64,000 nt of DNA from Eledone cirrhosa. Taxonomy: Eukaryota. The notes below the pieces were generated by a model that was not told the origin of the DNA, ran no database searches, and was given only the letters and a program-made list of their open reading frames with translations. The stretch lies in NCBI GenBank assembly GCA_964016885.1, contig OZ024743.1:50158001-50222000 (forward strand), written 5' to 3'. This document shows positions 38,478-53,230 of this stretch, piece after piece (the stretch's first letter is position 1; the number at the start of each line of letters is the position of its first letter). The position numbers were made by a program, and so were the translations under genes.

Positions 38478-39838
38478 TAACGTACACACACATACAGCCC
38501 ATTCCACAAACCCAGTGTGACATTTAGGTACATTCATAATGACTCTAGCCACTCCGCTATAGATTTTAAAAATCTTAACATCAACAAGAGGGTATCCAAC
38601 CTCTCTTCTAGCCATCTTTGATAGTGCAGCACCCTACTACAATCCAGCACTAAGCAACAGCGGTTGCTCCAAAACAATCCTACGTTTAGAAAGGAAAAAA
38701 CCTTGACATAAAGACGTTGTCTGGTTCACGCTACCATTCGCACTTAATGTAATGACTAAGGTAGGTAGAAATTCCTAACCCTTCTAGATCTTCAGTTTTC
38801 TGTAGGCCATAAACAGCGACAAATATTCAATCGTCACACTGTGAAAATACCAGTAACATAAAATCTCACATCACGGTCAAACACGAAAAGCCCTCCATCT
38901 TATGAATGCTAATGCAGAAGGCCAGAGACATGTCCACTAGATCAACAGCGCAACACTCCAGTGGTGATATATCAAGCAGAAGTGACCTAACAAAAAACAT
39001 GCCACCCAGCTCACAAACCATGTGTGGAACCTTAAAGATAACGGCACAGCGTTCTCCATTAAATGGACTATATTAGAAAAATCGACCCCCTATATTAATG
39101 GGACAAACTTTTGCCTGCTGTGTAAATCGGAATAGTGGAATATACTCTCGCAACTGACTGCAGAGAAACATTGCTTCAATACCCATCCCGACTGATTTAA
39201 CCGCTGTCTACACGAAGCAAAATTAATTCTGTAAAGATGGTATTGCCGGATTAACTGGATTTATTTTCTTCGACTTCCTAACTTGGCACTATACAAATTT
39301 GTATAGTGCCCTTTGTATATAAATTTGTATAGTGCCCTTTGTAGTGTCTTTTTTTGTGGTAATCTGCTTGTATTATTTAAAGGTCCTTGAAGAACTCTTC
39401 TGCATTTTCAAAACATCTGTGGACGTAGCAATCTTTGTTTATATATGTTTATATATATATGTATATGTATATGTTGACTAATCGAGGTTGCATATGCAAC
39501 GCACCAATCAATGAAAAATGATGCAATTCAATCTAACCACCCACCGTCATATATTTTCTCCCAACAATGATTTGTCTGTCAATTACAGAGTATATGTAGA
39601 TTAACCCACATCAACACGCCGGAACCCCCCCCCCCCCCCACCACCACCACCTCCAGAAAATACTCTCCCGCCACCTCTCCATTTTATTTTTATTTTATTT
39701 CTAATTTTCTTTTTTCTTTTCTGTTTTCCTGATGAAGGAAAAATACCCGATACGTTGACTGTACCTTACTCTTCTCCTAAGCGTGGAACGAATAGATTAT
39801 ACGTTAATACATCCTCTTGTTTGTTCGTTTTTGTTCCT

Positions 39839-39840
<2 letters not shown>
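38478..39840 (+). pseudogene. Degenerate Naiad-type PLE remnant with 3' region and decayed HHR (~39727-39758)
   Basis: Hand translation gives [81 protein letters not shown]; downstream CTGATGAagg..ccGATAcgTTga. Confidence 0.85.
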
Positions 39841-39879
<39 letters not shown>

Positions 39880-41018
39880 GAGGTATCCACTGTAAGTTGT
39901 GGGGTCTAGTCTGCATGAAGAACTCCATGTAATCCGTATGTTGAAAATGTTGTAGGTTAAGATAAATCTCAGAAAACAATAAAACATTAAAAGGTAAACA
40001 GAGTCATTATATAAGTTAAAACAATGAAATAAAAAATCAAGTCATTAGAGATATACTTCACTTCTTTACGATCGTTCCTAGATGATGATAATACATTGTA
40101 TCTATACTCAGCTATTGATCTATGTAAGTTTACAAACTATCAGATAGAGAGAATATTTACTTACATGCATATCACCAGCTGTTTTCAAAAGCAATAATAA
40201 TTTTATTCAATAATAATTTTACTCAGAATTAGTATCATGTCCATATTTGGAGGTAGTTAAAGAACTAACAAATCAAATTGTTTTTTTCATATGGTGTTAA
40301 GATGAAAAGTAATACACTTTAGTTGAGGTCATGACCCTTTGAAAGGAATGGTTGAAAGGTGTTAGTAGAAATGGCAAAAATCTATTAGGAAGGAATGGGA
40401 ATGTCAAACTGATAGTTGAATGTATCTTGTAGAGTGAATTTAAAAGGAATGTCAAAATAAATGGTGATTAGTATTGTATTGAGTTTTAAAGTGAATATAA
40501 ATTAATGTTATGGCTAGGAAAGATAGTATATTAAAAGATGAAAATTATAATAAGATAATGAGATATAGTAATGCGATAATATACAACTTAACCAACAGAA
40601 TATAGTACGGTGTGGTAAATTGCACTCAGTATAATATAACATATTATACGCTCTAAAATATTACTAAGTATGTTTATGCATAAACAATCAAACTCAGATA
40701 AGTACATGTTGGCATAGTTAAAACACATAAATTTATAGTCTACAAAGTGCATATATTCACACCTCATATAGAGAGAGGTACAGTTATATTGATATCTAAC
40801 CAAAAATATACATACGTGAAAATAGATGCAAACCTAAATACACATCCACACGCATGCATATAATCATATATATACTTATCCATACATATCTATATCCACA
40901 CATACACATCTCACATCTATATCCCCATATATACATATACATATACACATACACACACATATACATATATATACACATATATATACATATACATACACAT
41001 ATATATATATACACACAC

Positions 41019-41132
<114 letters not shown>

Positions 41133-41178
41133 ATACATATATATATATGTATATGTATATGTATATATATACATATAC

Positions 41179-41253
<75 letters not shown>

Positions 41254-41254
<1 letters not shown>

Positions 41255-43767
41255 TAGCAGAAGTACCCGGCGTTTCCCGGGTGTAAGTCGACCTTTGGTC
41301 TATTAGAATGTGTGAAAGTTACTTCCCGCGCATCACAGGTTCAAAACTTCGAAATTCAATGAAAAAAAATAGGTTAGTAGACACAGGTGTGTAATTTATT
41401 AATTGTAGTTACACAGTGTATCGTTGAAATTGTTCTTTGCACGACTGACGGAAGTCAAAATCGCTTGATATTGAATGTTCAGTTAATTTAAAGCAGGGTG
41501 AAAATGTCGATTACTTTCAGGGTTCATTTTTTTTTACAATTTTTGCGCTCACATGTGCAGAAGAAGAATTAAAAGGGCCTTTATCTTAACTGCGGCATAA
41601 TGGCGAGTCTTTTGTGACAGTTTTCAAGAATATAGGACGTTCCTGTAAAAAGTTTTCCCATGTGTAACTTTGCCTTGTTTTTTTGCGCAAAGTTGAGCCC
41701 CGCTTCAGTTTTATTGATTTTTTTACATCAATGCGTGATCTCTGAAGTAGATTTGAGTAGCTAAAAACCTGTCCCGGTAAATTTGCTATAGGTGAAAAAA
41801 AGTTGATCAAAATTGTATCTAGGGTTATTGCCCTTTGCCACAGCCTCAAGCCTCGTCTGACGGGATGTTGGTGATTCCTCCGTCAGCGCTTGTTGGCGAC
41901 GAAGGCGAACATCAGCAAGCCTTGTCGTACGTGATGTTGGTGACTCAACCAGCCGGGAAAGACGTCTATCAGCGAGTCGAGATTCGCGCTCATCAGGTGT
42001 TTCCTAGAGAAAATTAATTAATTCTACTGGTTAGCTAAGCCAATGGCAGTGTCAATAGTAAATGAGAAAAGTCTAACATGAACAAAAGGGAATCAAGGTA
42101 AGACAATAAATTTAATATAACTACGATTAGAATGTTGTAGTTGCTTAAAAGTGCTGACAGTTAGGATAAACGCAGTACTTGCTAACATTAAGGGAGAATA
42201 TTGCATAAAGGATTAATCAATTGTGAATGAACTCATACCTGAGAACGCCTAATTCGTTGTCTCAAAGCAGTAGCTGTACCTTTTTTGGAGGTAAGTCTTG
42301 AACGTTTCCGTGTGGGCATAACGAAGTGTAACGAAGCTGTTAGGTTAGAGAGAGGTGATTAAATACAGAGATAGATGACACCAGATTCGTTAGCATGGTT
42401 ACTGGTGAATGGGAAGGTTTGGAAATATGATTACAATAACTTACCGAATTTTCCGGTCTATAAATTGCACTTAAAATAATTAAATTTAATCAAAAAACAG
42501 CTCTGCGCTTTATACTCCGGTGAGCCTTATGTATAAATAATACAATGGTAATCATTCATGGCTCTAACAGAAGTAATAGATCTAGACTAAAAGTAAAGAA
42601 GATAGCATTTTCCTGGTTGGCCTTACACGCCGTTGCGCGGACCTGATTTTAAATGATACGCCTTATATCCTGGTGAGCCTTATAGAGCGGCGGAAAATAT
42701 CTATTGGAAAAGAATACGAATTCATGACCAAGGTGTGACAAAATAGGCGTCTATACAGCGCCTGAAACAAACTTGTCCAAAACCCTAGGATGTTTCTCGT
42801 TAAGTATCCACCCAAAAGGAACCGTTTTTTAGTTACAAAAAATAACCAAAGTGTATAGTAGCTATATTTCTGACATATCATGCCAAAAAGAACAATATAT
42901 TCAAAAAATGTTCTAAAGTACATTCAATCTCTCTTTTTGACAGATATCTTAATAAGCAAGTTATCGATTTTTTATTGGTTGTCAGTGTCTATCTGCATGC
43001 AGGTGTGCACGTGTGCGCAATTAATTGCAAATACGCTCATAACATTTAGTCGTAAGCAGAACAAAAAATGCCATTAGAGGTGGGCTAATAATGAAGACAC
43101 AAACCCTGGTGAACTTACGTTTAAACACCCGAAAAGTTACTCACTTCCTGTGCAAAAGACTGTATTATAAATTAAGTAATTTTTTAGAATCTTTTGTTTA
43201 AAAAAGGAAAACATTGGTACGACGTAACATTTTTTACAACTTTGTATGTGTACAATACAACTTGGTCAACGTATTATTTAGTAATTTTTTTTTCAAAAAG
43301 CATGATTATTTAAGACTGTTTGAAAATTTACTCACAGCTTTTAGCATCACAAAAGACACCATTAAATTTGGTTCCCTTTTCAGAAAGGGATAATACTGTA
43401 TTTCCACTTGAATAAGGTGGAATATGAAAAGATAAACTCTTTAATGGTCGGTCGTTTACTGAGACAGCTGGGAAGACATGCAGCTGGCCGTCCAATTATA
43501 AACGCACGTCCTTATATGGGCATATGAAATTTATTTTTATTGCACCAGATGTAAACTAAGAGTTCTTGTGTTCGAATTCACATAAAATTTCATTGGAATC
43601 GAAAAACATTCTGTCATAGGGCCCGATTATTGAAAATTGCAAGTAGCCTATTCCACTCTACGCGCTGAGTTTCATATATGTGTGAGGTTTCATGAAAATT
43701 GGATGAACGGTGTAGCATGCAAGTTCCGAACACCAAACAATGTCCATCTTCCCTTTATATATATAGA
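41254..43767 (-). mobile_element. Non-autonomous Helitron, family C (~2.5 kb)
   Basis: Minus-strand 5' A|TCTATATATATAAAGGG; 3' ACCCGGGAAACGCCGGGT hairpin + ACTTCTGCTAG|T. Confidence 0.78.
42442..42702. mobile_element. Degenerate Tc2/pogo-like MITE nested in the Helitron
   Basis: Ends TACCGAATTTTCCGGTCTATAA..GCAC and GGTGAGCCTTATAGAGCGGCGGAAAATA, with subterminal CTT(T)ATA.TCC.GGTGAGCCTTAT repeats. Confidence 0.55.
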
Positions 43768-44039
43768 TATACATATACATATATATATATAGATAGATAG
43801 ATATATACACTCATACATACATACATACATATACACATGTACATACATATACACACACACACACATACATACATACATACATACATACATACATACATAC
43901 ATACATACATACATACATACATACATACATACATACATACATACACAAATACACACACATATATATATATATATATATACATATATATACATATATATAT
44001 ATATACATATATACACATATATATATATATACATATACA

Positions 44040-44070
<31 letters not shown>

Positions 44071-44188
44071 CACACTTGTGTGAGTATATGTACACTCCTC
44101 TTACATGTGCACATACTCATATATAAACATTCATACACCTATACTCACATATACACACACACAAACACACACATATATATATATATAT

Positions 44189-44226
<38 letters not shown>

Positions 44227-44241
44227 CACATATATATATAT

Positions 44242-44332
<91 letters not shown>

Positions 44333-44497
44333 TGAGATTCTACAGGACTAGAACTGTTTCATTCATTAGAAATCATCAGGAATCTATATATATATACATA
44401 TGTACATATATATACATATACATACATATACACATACATACATACACATACACACATAAGCCTATACATATATACACATATATAAACATATATATAT

Positions 44498-44540
<43 letters not shown>

Positions 44541-44926
44541 TACACAAATATATACACACATAAAAATATTTCCATATCATACATAGATGTTTATTTTTAC
44601 TCATGCAATTACGGGTGGCTGTGTATCTTGTTGCCTTTATTCAATGACGCATAAACTAAGGAAGCTAAAACTTTAAAAGGCAAAAATAAGCATGAAAGCA
44701 TATAATTAGGGGAAAGAGGTACTAATAAATGTTATTCTATACGGAATTATAGTGAGTTGTAATTTAGAATATTTAATTAGGTTTATAGTATTTAAATGTT
44801 TTTCGTATACGGTGATTGCAGACTATGATCAATTCCTGTCTTTTATTTAATAAATCGTTCTTAGATTTAGTAATATATATATATATATATACATTTAGGT
44901 TTGTCGCTGCCTCTTCAGCCCCATCG

Positions 44927-45058
44927 ATTATATTCCTTTGTTAAATTTCGAATACCTGATGATGTCACCGGATTCATACTGGACCCGGTCATTGAAATGT
45001 TCATGGTATAATAAACCTCTAAGGAATTACACCAGTCTAGCATCCTGTTATTTTATAA
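44927..45058 (+). mobile_element. HHR-bearing pLTR fragment (second copy 58168-58302)
   Basis: atac-CTGATGA-..-GAAA-tgttca-TG/TA-gtat; two similar ~130-bp copies. Confidence 0.7.
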
Positions 45059-45512
45059 TATATGCATTACACTTCACATAACAAATCCCTAAATTATCAC
45101 CACATTCCTCTCTAACAAATTGCACGCCATCTTAAACATTTCTAACGCTTATAACATGCTCTAACACCCCACACAAAATATGTTTATTTCAACTGCATTA
45201 TAACTATTTCCTCATACATGCCTTATTGCCTATACAACCATAACATTAACTTTTCTCCAATGTTAAGACATCTTATATCTTATATCTTATGTCTATCTTA
45301 TCCCATTTTTCCTTGCTTATAACTTTTTTGCCTATACTTTTCGCTTATACCTCTTACACTTTCAACCAGTGCTTCCTGTAATTGTGTTCTCTCAAGTATA
45401 ACACCTTGTTAACTCCTGACTCTCCACATGATGTCTTTGACACTAACATCAATTATGTACCCTAAATGTTCTGAATGACTAGGATTTTAGTCATTTGTTT
45501 CGAAATTCCCTA

Positions 45513-45559
45513 TGCTCCGATGATTCCAGACTTCCCTCTGGAAGAAACAATTGTCAGCA
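45513..45559 (+). ncRNA. Minimal type I hammerhead (one core substitution)
   Basis: tgct-CCGATGA-ttccaga-cttccc-tctggaa-GAAA-caattg-TC-agca. Palindromic stem III, GUC triplet. Confidence 0.8.
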
Positions 45560-45595
45560 AATAAATGTTCTAAACTAAAATTTGATCGTTTTAAC

Positions 45596-45679
<84 letters not shown>

Positions 45680-45815
45680 GTTAGAAAGTGAACAGCACAA
45701 AATATAACTACTCCATTACCAAAGGTTTCTGGGTCCTAGACAATAATAATATACGTCTAATTCTAATTAAATACATAGAGCACTCTCTTTTCCTTTGCTT
45801 TTCTTTCGGAATTAC

Positions 45816-45896
<81 letters not shown>

Positions 45897-45899
<3 letters not shown>

Positions 45900-46476
45900 A
45901 AAAATGGAGTGCTGCGTGGTTGCACATGGGTTACATATGAATAAAATTAGCCCTTCATCAGTGATCTTCCAACTTTCATTGGTATTTCTTCGCATTAAAG
46001 ATCATATACCTCTGGCTGGTGCGAGCAATAACTAAAACAGGTCAGACGGGAGGAAGTGAGAGAGGGGGAGTAGCATTTCACCCCCTCTGCCAGTCACTCT
46101 CTCTCAGCTGGCCTCTTCCTCACACTTTGACTCACTCACTCTCTCACTTCCTCCCGTCTGACCTGTGTGAATTCCTTTTCTCGCTTACATCTCACATGGC
46201 TCGGACGCGTCTGTGTCTCTCCTCGTCCATGATTTGATAGAACTTAAGTTCACAGATATCACGGATTTGTTTCTCCTCTTCCTCTCTTTCCATTGCATTA
46301 CCATCTCTGTTTGTTTACATGTGTCGCTCGCTTCACCCTATTCTACGTGTCCCAATAACCTTTTTAGTTATTGCTCGCACCAGCCAGAGGTATATGATCT
46401 TCAATGCGAAGAAATACCAACGACGGCTGGAAGATCACTGATGACGGACGCCTTATCTTCTGCTCTAATTTTATTC

Positions 46477-46480
<4 letters not shown>
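45897..46480. mobile_element. (TA)n-embedded element with ~85-bp inverted repeats carrying CTGATGA
   Basis: ~45955-46038 is the inverse of ~46362-46445; no complete GAAA arm seen. Confidence 0.55.
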
Positions 46481-46523
<43 letters not shown>

Positions 46524-46622
46524 TAGAATAAATTGTATGATAATAGTGTAGTATTCATTCACATAGAAACGGTATCGACCTCTATTGATCTCAGCGCCAC
46601 CAGAAGGGCCGGTAGATAGGTA

Positions 46623-46667
46623 AATATTGCTGATGAGTTGTAACAACAACGAAACTAGTTCAATATT
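46623..46667 (+). ncRNA. Minimal type I hammerhead ribozyme, copy 1
   Basis: aatattg-CTGATGA-gttgt-aaca-acaac-GAAA-ctag-TT-caatatt. Stem I 7 bp, stem II 5 bp, palindromic stem III, GUU triplet. Confidence 0.93.
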
Positions 46668-47089
46668 CCTTGTCTGGCCTTCTAGAGAATAGAGGGAAGG
46701 TGTTCCCCCGAAAACCAGTATGACTCTAAAAACCGGTTTGTCTGTGTGTTTACATACAGAATAGCTGGGCTGCTCACAGTAAAGCAACCAGTGAAAGACT
46801 TGTTACACCTACATATGTATACGTGTGTGTATTCATATACACACTAGTATTTCAGTATGCATATGTAGATGTACATTTTTAACTTAATTGTTTAAGCGTC
46901 AGTCATACAAAAGTGAGTTACAAACGAAACGAAATTTAATTTCGTTTCGTTATTTGTTTTTATCGTCTCCGCTGAACCGGTGCGTACTCACACTCTATGC
47001 AAATTAGTCTGCCCACTACTAATTTTCATAGAAAAAGCATATAACGATATGTGCTTATACAATTCTCCAGAAGGGCCGGTAGATAGGTA

Positions 47090-47134
47090 AATATTGCTGA
47101 TGAGTTGTAACAACAACGAAACTAGTTCAATATT
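47090..47134 (+). ncRNA. Minimal type I hammerhead ribozyme, copy 2
   Basis: Identical to 46623-46667. Confidence 0.93.
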
Positions 47135-47422
47135 CCTTGTCTGGCCTTCTGGAGAATAGAGGGAAGGTGTTCCCCCGAAAACCAGTATGACTCTAAAAAC
47201 CGGTTTGTCTGTGTGTTTACATACAGAATAGCTGGGCTGCTCACAGTAAAGCAACCAGTGAAAGACTTGTTACACCTACATATGTATACGTGTGTGTATT
47301 CATATACACACTAGTATTTCAGTATGCATATGTAGATGTACATTTTTAACTTAATTGTTTAAGCGTCAGTCATACAAAAGTGAGTTACAAACGAAACGAA
47401 ATTTAATTTCGTTTCGTTATTT

Positions 47423-47518
<96 letters not shown>

Positions 47519-47720
47519 ATATATATATGTGTATTTTATGTGTGAACCACCTGCCTCTTTGAGGTCAAATACCAACCTACTACCATCTACAAACTGACCA
47601 TTGAGAATCAAGACTATTTCTGGTGACAACATCAAAATATTCCTAACAAGCTCATATGTCCCAAGGCTCTGATACCATCAACACTATACACACAGAGCTG
47701 GCATATCTAAGAACTGATTA

Positions 47721-47776
47721 ACTGCCTGATGAGGTCATAGCCATTCAATGGCTATCATCGAAATATATATAGCAGT
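47721..47776 (+). ncRNA. Type I hammerhead ribozyme
   Basis: actgc-CTGATGA-ggtcatagccat-tca-atggctatcatc-GAAA-tatata-TA-gcagt. Confidence 0.88.
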
Positions 47777-47817
47777 AAATAAAGGATTATGAGTTCATGC
47801 AATTGACTTATGTTTTG

Positions 47818-48064
<247 letters not shown>

Positions 48065-48180
48065 AATATAAACACTGGCATCATTTCAATGTGATCCATG
48101 ACTCAGAATTATATATATTGATTTTTACCACGTTTTGCGTTTGGTTGTTTATATATATATATCTATGTGTGTGTGTGTGT

Positions 48181-48224
<44 letters not shown>

Positions 48225-48352
48225 ACACACACACAAGCGTGAACCTTATATAACTGTAAAATTGCCTCCTGTGTATTGCTTGTTTAATTTATTAACTACA
48301 CACACGCACGCACACACACACACATATATATGTGTGTGTGTGTGCGTGTGGT

Positions 48353-48415
<63 letters not shown>

Positions 48416-48459
48416 GTATGTGTGGTTGTGTGTGCTTGTGTTTCATTCACGATCGGGAC

Positions 48460-48980
48460 AGGCTCAATGTCTATGATAAGGTACAAGTGTTACACTTACT
48501 GGAGCAGGGTTTGGCTGAGGTTGATGGTTTCTTAGTTAACAAAGCAGGTTACGTTTGTTGATTGTGGGTTTAAGTGAATTAAGGGCGGGAACTCGTTTTC
48601 TAGAAAGGCTATGAAAGTTAAAGAGGATCGTCCTGATGAAGGGCTGGTATTGTATGTACATAGGTGAATTACGGACATTTAGAAAGATGACTGAGTGGTT
48701 AGTCTTTTAGATGGGTCTATATAGGTCTAAATATTGTCTGCCGCCACCTATATCTTCAAAATAATGAGTTATAACATGTTTTCAAGCTAAATATTAAGGT
48801 ATAGTAGAATTAGCTGCAAAGTAAAGGTCTTTTAGTGAGGAGGTTAAAAAATTCTTAACTCATAAGATTAATAGACATTACGATAAAAAGAATTTTGATA
48901 TGACGCTTTTGTTGTAGCATTGGCGTGAGAGGAGAGATTTTTAAGAAAGTCTGGAGCTACTTGGAGCTTACAATTGATAG
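48460..48980 (-). pseudogene. Possible highly decayed PLE ORF remnant
   Basis: Patchy translation DFLKNLLSRQCYNKSVI and PCSSKCNTC resembles the PLE RT-to-endonuclease linker. Confidence 0.35.
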
Positions 48981-49518
48981 CTAGATGTCAAGGACGATAG
49001 AGATAGAGGGGGAGATAGAGAGTTGGAGAGGGAGGAGAGAGATAAGCGAGATAGAGAGTTGGAGAGGGAGGGGGAGAGAGAGAAGGGGGTAGAAAGTTGG
49101 AGAGGGAGGGAGAGAGAAGGGAGATAGAGAGTTGGAGAGGGAGAAAGGCGGGAGACAATTCATAAATGGAAGAGGGATTATAGCTGAAAAATATAGAGAA
49201 AAATGACTGAAATTAAGGAAGATTTAATGTGGCTGCTTTAGTGAGGCAATATCGGGACATTGTGATTGTTATATTTAATGGAACAAACTAACAAGATACG
49301 ACTGAGAGTAGAATTCACGCCAAATGAATTTGTCATTCAATAAGAATATGGCAGCTATTAGATCTCACTGGAGTTGATATTACATTTATATATAGATGTA
49401 ATATCAACTGTACACACACTTACACACACACACTCACACACATACATGTAATATCAACTGTACACACACTTACACACACACATTGTGTGTGTAGTTATTA
49501 TATATATATATATATATG

Positions 49519-49609
<91 letters not shown>

Positions 49610-49615
<6 letters not shown>

Positions 49616-50225
49616 GACGTAACATATATATTTGCTAGCATGAGTATACATCTGTATACTTATGTTGGTAGATATACTAATTCTCTATATTTATCTCCAA
49701 ATTATTTGTTGAGCAAAACTTGCCAAAATTTACTGCTATGGTTCATGGTAGTAGTTAGGCTCTTGTCATAATACCACCCCACTCCTCACTGATTAACCTC
49801 AATGTCACGTGATTGATTCTTTAGCAATTTGCCACTGACCAAGTAGGCAGTGAATTTTTTCAGTACCCTGGAACTTAGACCCGCTAGCTTTATTCCATCC
49901 ACTGAATTATTATTATTTTTATATGGGTTCCTAGTGTCCGCGCATTGCCTGGGAACTTAGCTGAGAATAGACTCCCTGATGACGTAAGGACTTCTCTATA
50001 GTTATGTTACGTAACTATATTTATTCCCTTACAGAAACTAATTGGTTGGAGTGAAAATTTTAGTAAGTTAATTTTTAATTTTTAAATTTTCTTATTTTAA
50101 CGTCTTTCATATAATTGTTCTGCATCCCCCTGCATAGAACCACAAAGGTACTAAAACATAACATATATATTTGCTAGCATGGGTATACATCTGTATACAT
50201 ATGTTGGTAGATATACTAATTCTCT
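49610..50225 (+). mobile_element. Retrozyme-like non-coding element, more than one turn of a ~540-nt unit
   Basis: TAACATATATATTTGCTAGCAT...CTAATTCTCT occurs at 49620 and 50159; homologous to 31952-32750; HHR at 49971-50052. Confidence 0.8.
49971..50052 (+). ncRNA. Type I hammerhead with extended stem II
   Basis: actcc-CTGATGA-cgtaagg...ccttaca-GAAA-ctaattgg-TT-ggagt. Confidence 0.8.
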
Positions 50226-50290
50226 CTCTCTCTCTCTCTCTATTATATATATATATATATATTATATGTATGTATGTATATATATATATG

Positions 50291-50341
<51 letters not shown>

Positions 50342-50354
50342 TGTATGTATATAT

Positions 50355-50510
<156 letters not shown>

Positions 50511-50589
50511 ATAATAATAAATGCAAAGACTAAAATCCAAAGAGAGCTCGATAAGATAAATATATATCAAATATATAAGAACCCTACAG

Positions 50590-50732
50590 AAAATATTTAT
50601 TGAAATAACAGATTAAAGATTAAGCAAAGAATCGTTGCTTTCACCCTTAACGGGATCTTCAGAAGATCCAGTTAAGGGTGAAAGCAGCGATTATTTGCTT
50701 AATCTTTAATCGGTTATTTCAATAAATATTTT
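50590..50732. repeat. Imperfect ~143-bp palindrome centred on an HHR-like core
   Basis: Centre at 50661 (GATCTTC-A-GAAGATC); minus strand reads CTGAAGA-tccc-gttaa-gggt-GAAA. Confidence 0.75.
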
Positions 50733-51129
50733 GTGTCTCAAAGAGATCGATATATAATATACAATGATCATGTGGCTCTATGATCCCTCAATGAAAGAAT
50801 TGAAGCTAAAAATCGAAGACCTCTGATCAGTTGCACACTGCCAATATCATAGAAAAGCCCGTATATAATATTTTACAGAGAACACTATGATTAGGCTAAA
50901 AGACAGAAACAAAATAAGTATTACATTTACATCGCTACTAACTTTTTACAAGGCCTATATGGTACCATTTCATGCAGCAAAAACCACCAAGATTTACCGT
51001 TGATTAACATCACCAAATGATGAGGCAAAGAGCTAGCATTCATCCAGTAAAATATTAGTTCCAAAAGAACGGCTAGCCAGCCATTTGTAGGGCTACCTGT
51101 CGAATAGGGTTTTCTCAACATTATAGTTA

Positions 51130-51596
51130 CTAGCAGAAAAAACACCCTTCGGGTGGTTTTTCTGCTAGCATGTGTGGTGTGCATATTGATACTATACGCA
51201 AGTATATATACATGTAGATATGATACATCAAATAAAATCGTAATTGACAATATACACAGAAATTGAAATTTAATCAGTAACGTAATCCATGATATATTAA
51301 AAAAAAGACGATATTATATATAAACTGCATTAGGAGAAAATTAGTGACGGAAATATATGAATCTTTATTTAAGCGATCGCTAACCGGAAGTGTTGACATT
51401 TGAAAATTTTAAAGAAGTGAATCTTAAAATAAGCAAAAAAATTATTTATATTTAATCAAGAATAACGAAATTTAGTAGATAAATTATGTAATATTCATTT
51501 ATTATTTATTCAAAGTAATCCAACTTATTTTACAAACGGGATAAACAAATATATTCTGAACGCAGTCCCAAACTCCTTACTTTATTATAGTTAAGA
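51130..51596 (-). mobile_element. Non-autonomous Helitron, family A copy 2
   Basis: Reverse complement of 1488-1975 with the same TC...CTAG termini and AT target. Confidence 0.85.
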
Positions 51597-52225
51597 TTAC
51601 GAAGGCTAATAAACGTTTGGTGTTATCTCCCTTGTTTGTTGAGCCAAAGAAAGATGTTACCAAACTACTAATATATCCACCATATTGTTCTTTCTATCAG
51701 CCCTAACTTTTTTATTCGGTGAATATACAATGATCACCCCCCCCCCCCCTCCTCCCACCTTTATATATTTCAATTTTATTCTATTTAGACAGCGAATATC
51801 TTCTCAATAGATAGACGCCGTGGATATGAGTTTCTCTCTCTCAATGTAATATTGAAGTGACTGGAGTCTAATAGTCGGATTAATTAGGCAGAGGAAATAT
51901 TATTAGTTTGCCTTTTTTCAATATAATTTTCTATTTTCTTTATCGGAGAAGAATTAACTGAAAGCCTTTAGATATATTTTCTTTAAAACACGTATATCTT
52001 TTCTCTTTTAAGGCTTTATTGCAATCTATGTTAACGGTAAAGTTTAGTTGGAAGCACTCGAAGACAGAAGAACACAGCTTCGGTTCCTCGGTTCCTCCTC
52101 AAGGCACCACAGAAGCAATCACTTTGATTTTTGATATCATCCAAGTGTCTCTTAATGAAATCATTGAAAACAAAATAGATCGAAGCAAAAATCAGGATGC
52201 ACACACACATACACACACACACACA

Positions 52226-52344
<119 letters not shown>

Positions 52345-52361
52345 GTGCGTGTGTGTGTTTG

Positions 52362-52421
<60 letters not shown>

Positions 52422-52474
52422 GTATGTATATATATATATAAATGAAAAATGGCGAGCTGTGTCGTTGCAAATAG

Positions 52475-52560
<86 letters not shown>

Positions 52561-52805
52561 TAGATATAGATATATATATAAGTGCTTCTTTTCAATTCAT
52601 CATTATTAATAAAGAAAAACAGCAAGGTTTATTGTGAAGTCAACAATATTGTTGGTTAGAAGGAAGATTTAATCATAGCTGGGGTGGGGGAGGGAGGTAC
52701 TGGATCACTCTACATACATGTCTCTCCTTCACCTCTCTCCTTCACCTCTCTCTCTCTCCCTCTCTCTTTCTCCTTCACCTCTCTCTCTCCCTCTCCTTCC
52801 TTCAC

Positions 52806-52862
<57 letters not shown>

Positions 52863-53066
52863 AGAAGCGAGGAGAAATAAAGAAAGAGAGAGAATGTGTT
52901 ATGTGTAAGAGAGAGAGAGAGAGAGAGTGTGTGTGTGTGAGTGTGTGTATGTAAGAGAGAGAGAGAGTGTGTCTGTGTGAGAGAGAGGGCGTGTGTGTGT
53001 ATGTGTGTGTAAGAGAGAGAGTGTGTGTGCGAGAGAGAGTGTGTGTGTGGTGTGAGAGAGACAGAG

Positions 53067-53107
<41 letters not shown>

Positions 53108-53130
53108 AGGAGAGCGAGACAGAGAGAGAG

Positions 53131-53184
<54 letters not shown>

Positions 53185-53192
53185 TGTGTGTA

Positions 53193-53230
<38 letters not shown>

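Larger units (their letters stand above)
46600..47426 (+). mobile_element. Tandem HHR-containing unit (retrozyme-like), 467-bp period
   Basis: 46600-46959 and 47067-47426 are near-identical direct repeats, each with an intact HHR; non-coding; ends in (TA)n. Confidence 0.88.

Noticed and set aside
40060-40185. Possible HHR with very long stem II (minus strand CTGGTGA...GAACGATCGTA)
   Set aside because: The core is mutated and stem I does not pair.
41586-41849. ORF vaguely resembling the Pif1 helicase C-terminal motif
   Set aside because: The similarity to the SQGQT..GQLYVA motif is too weak to support.
48633-48660. Isolated CTGATGA motifs here and at ~8835 (-) and ~46438
   Set aside because: No correctly spaced stem II and GAAA-stem III-UH, so not called as hammerheads.
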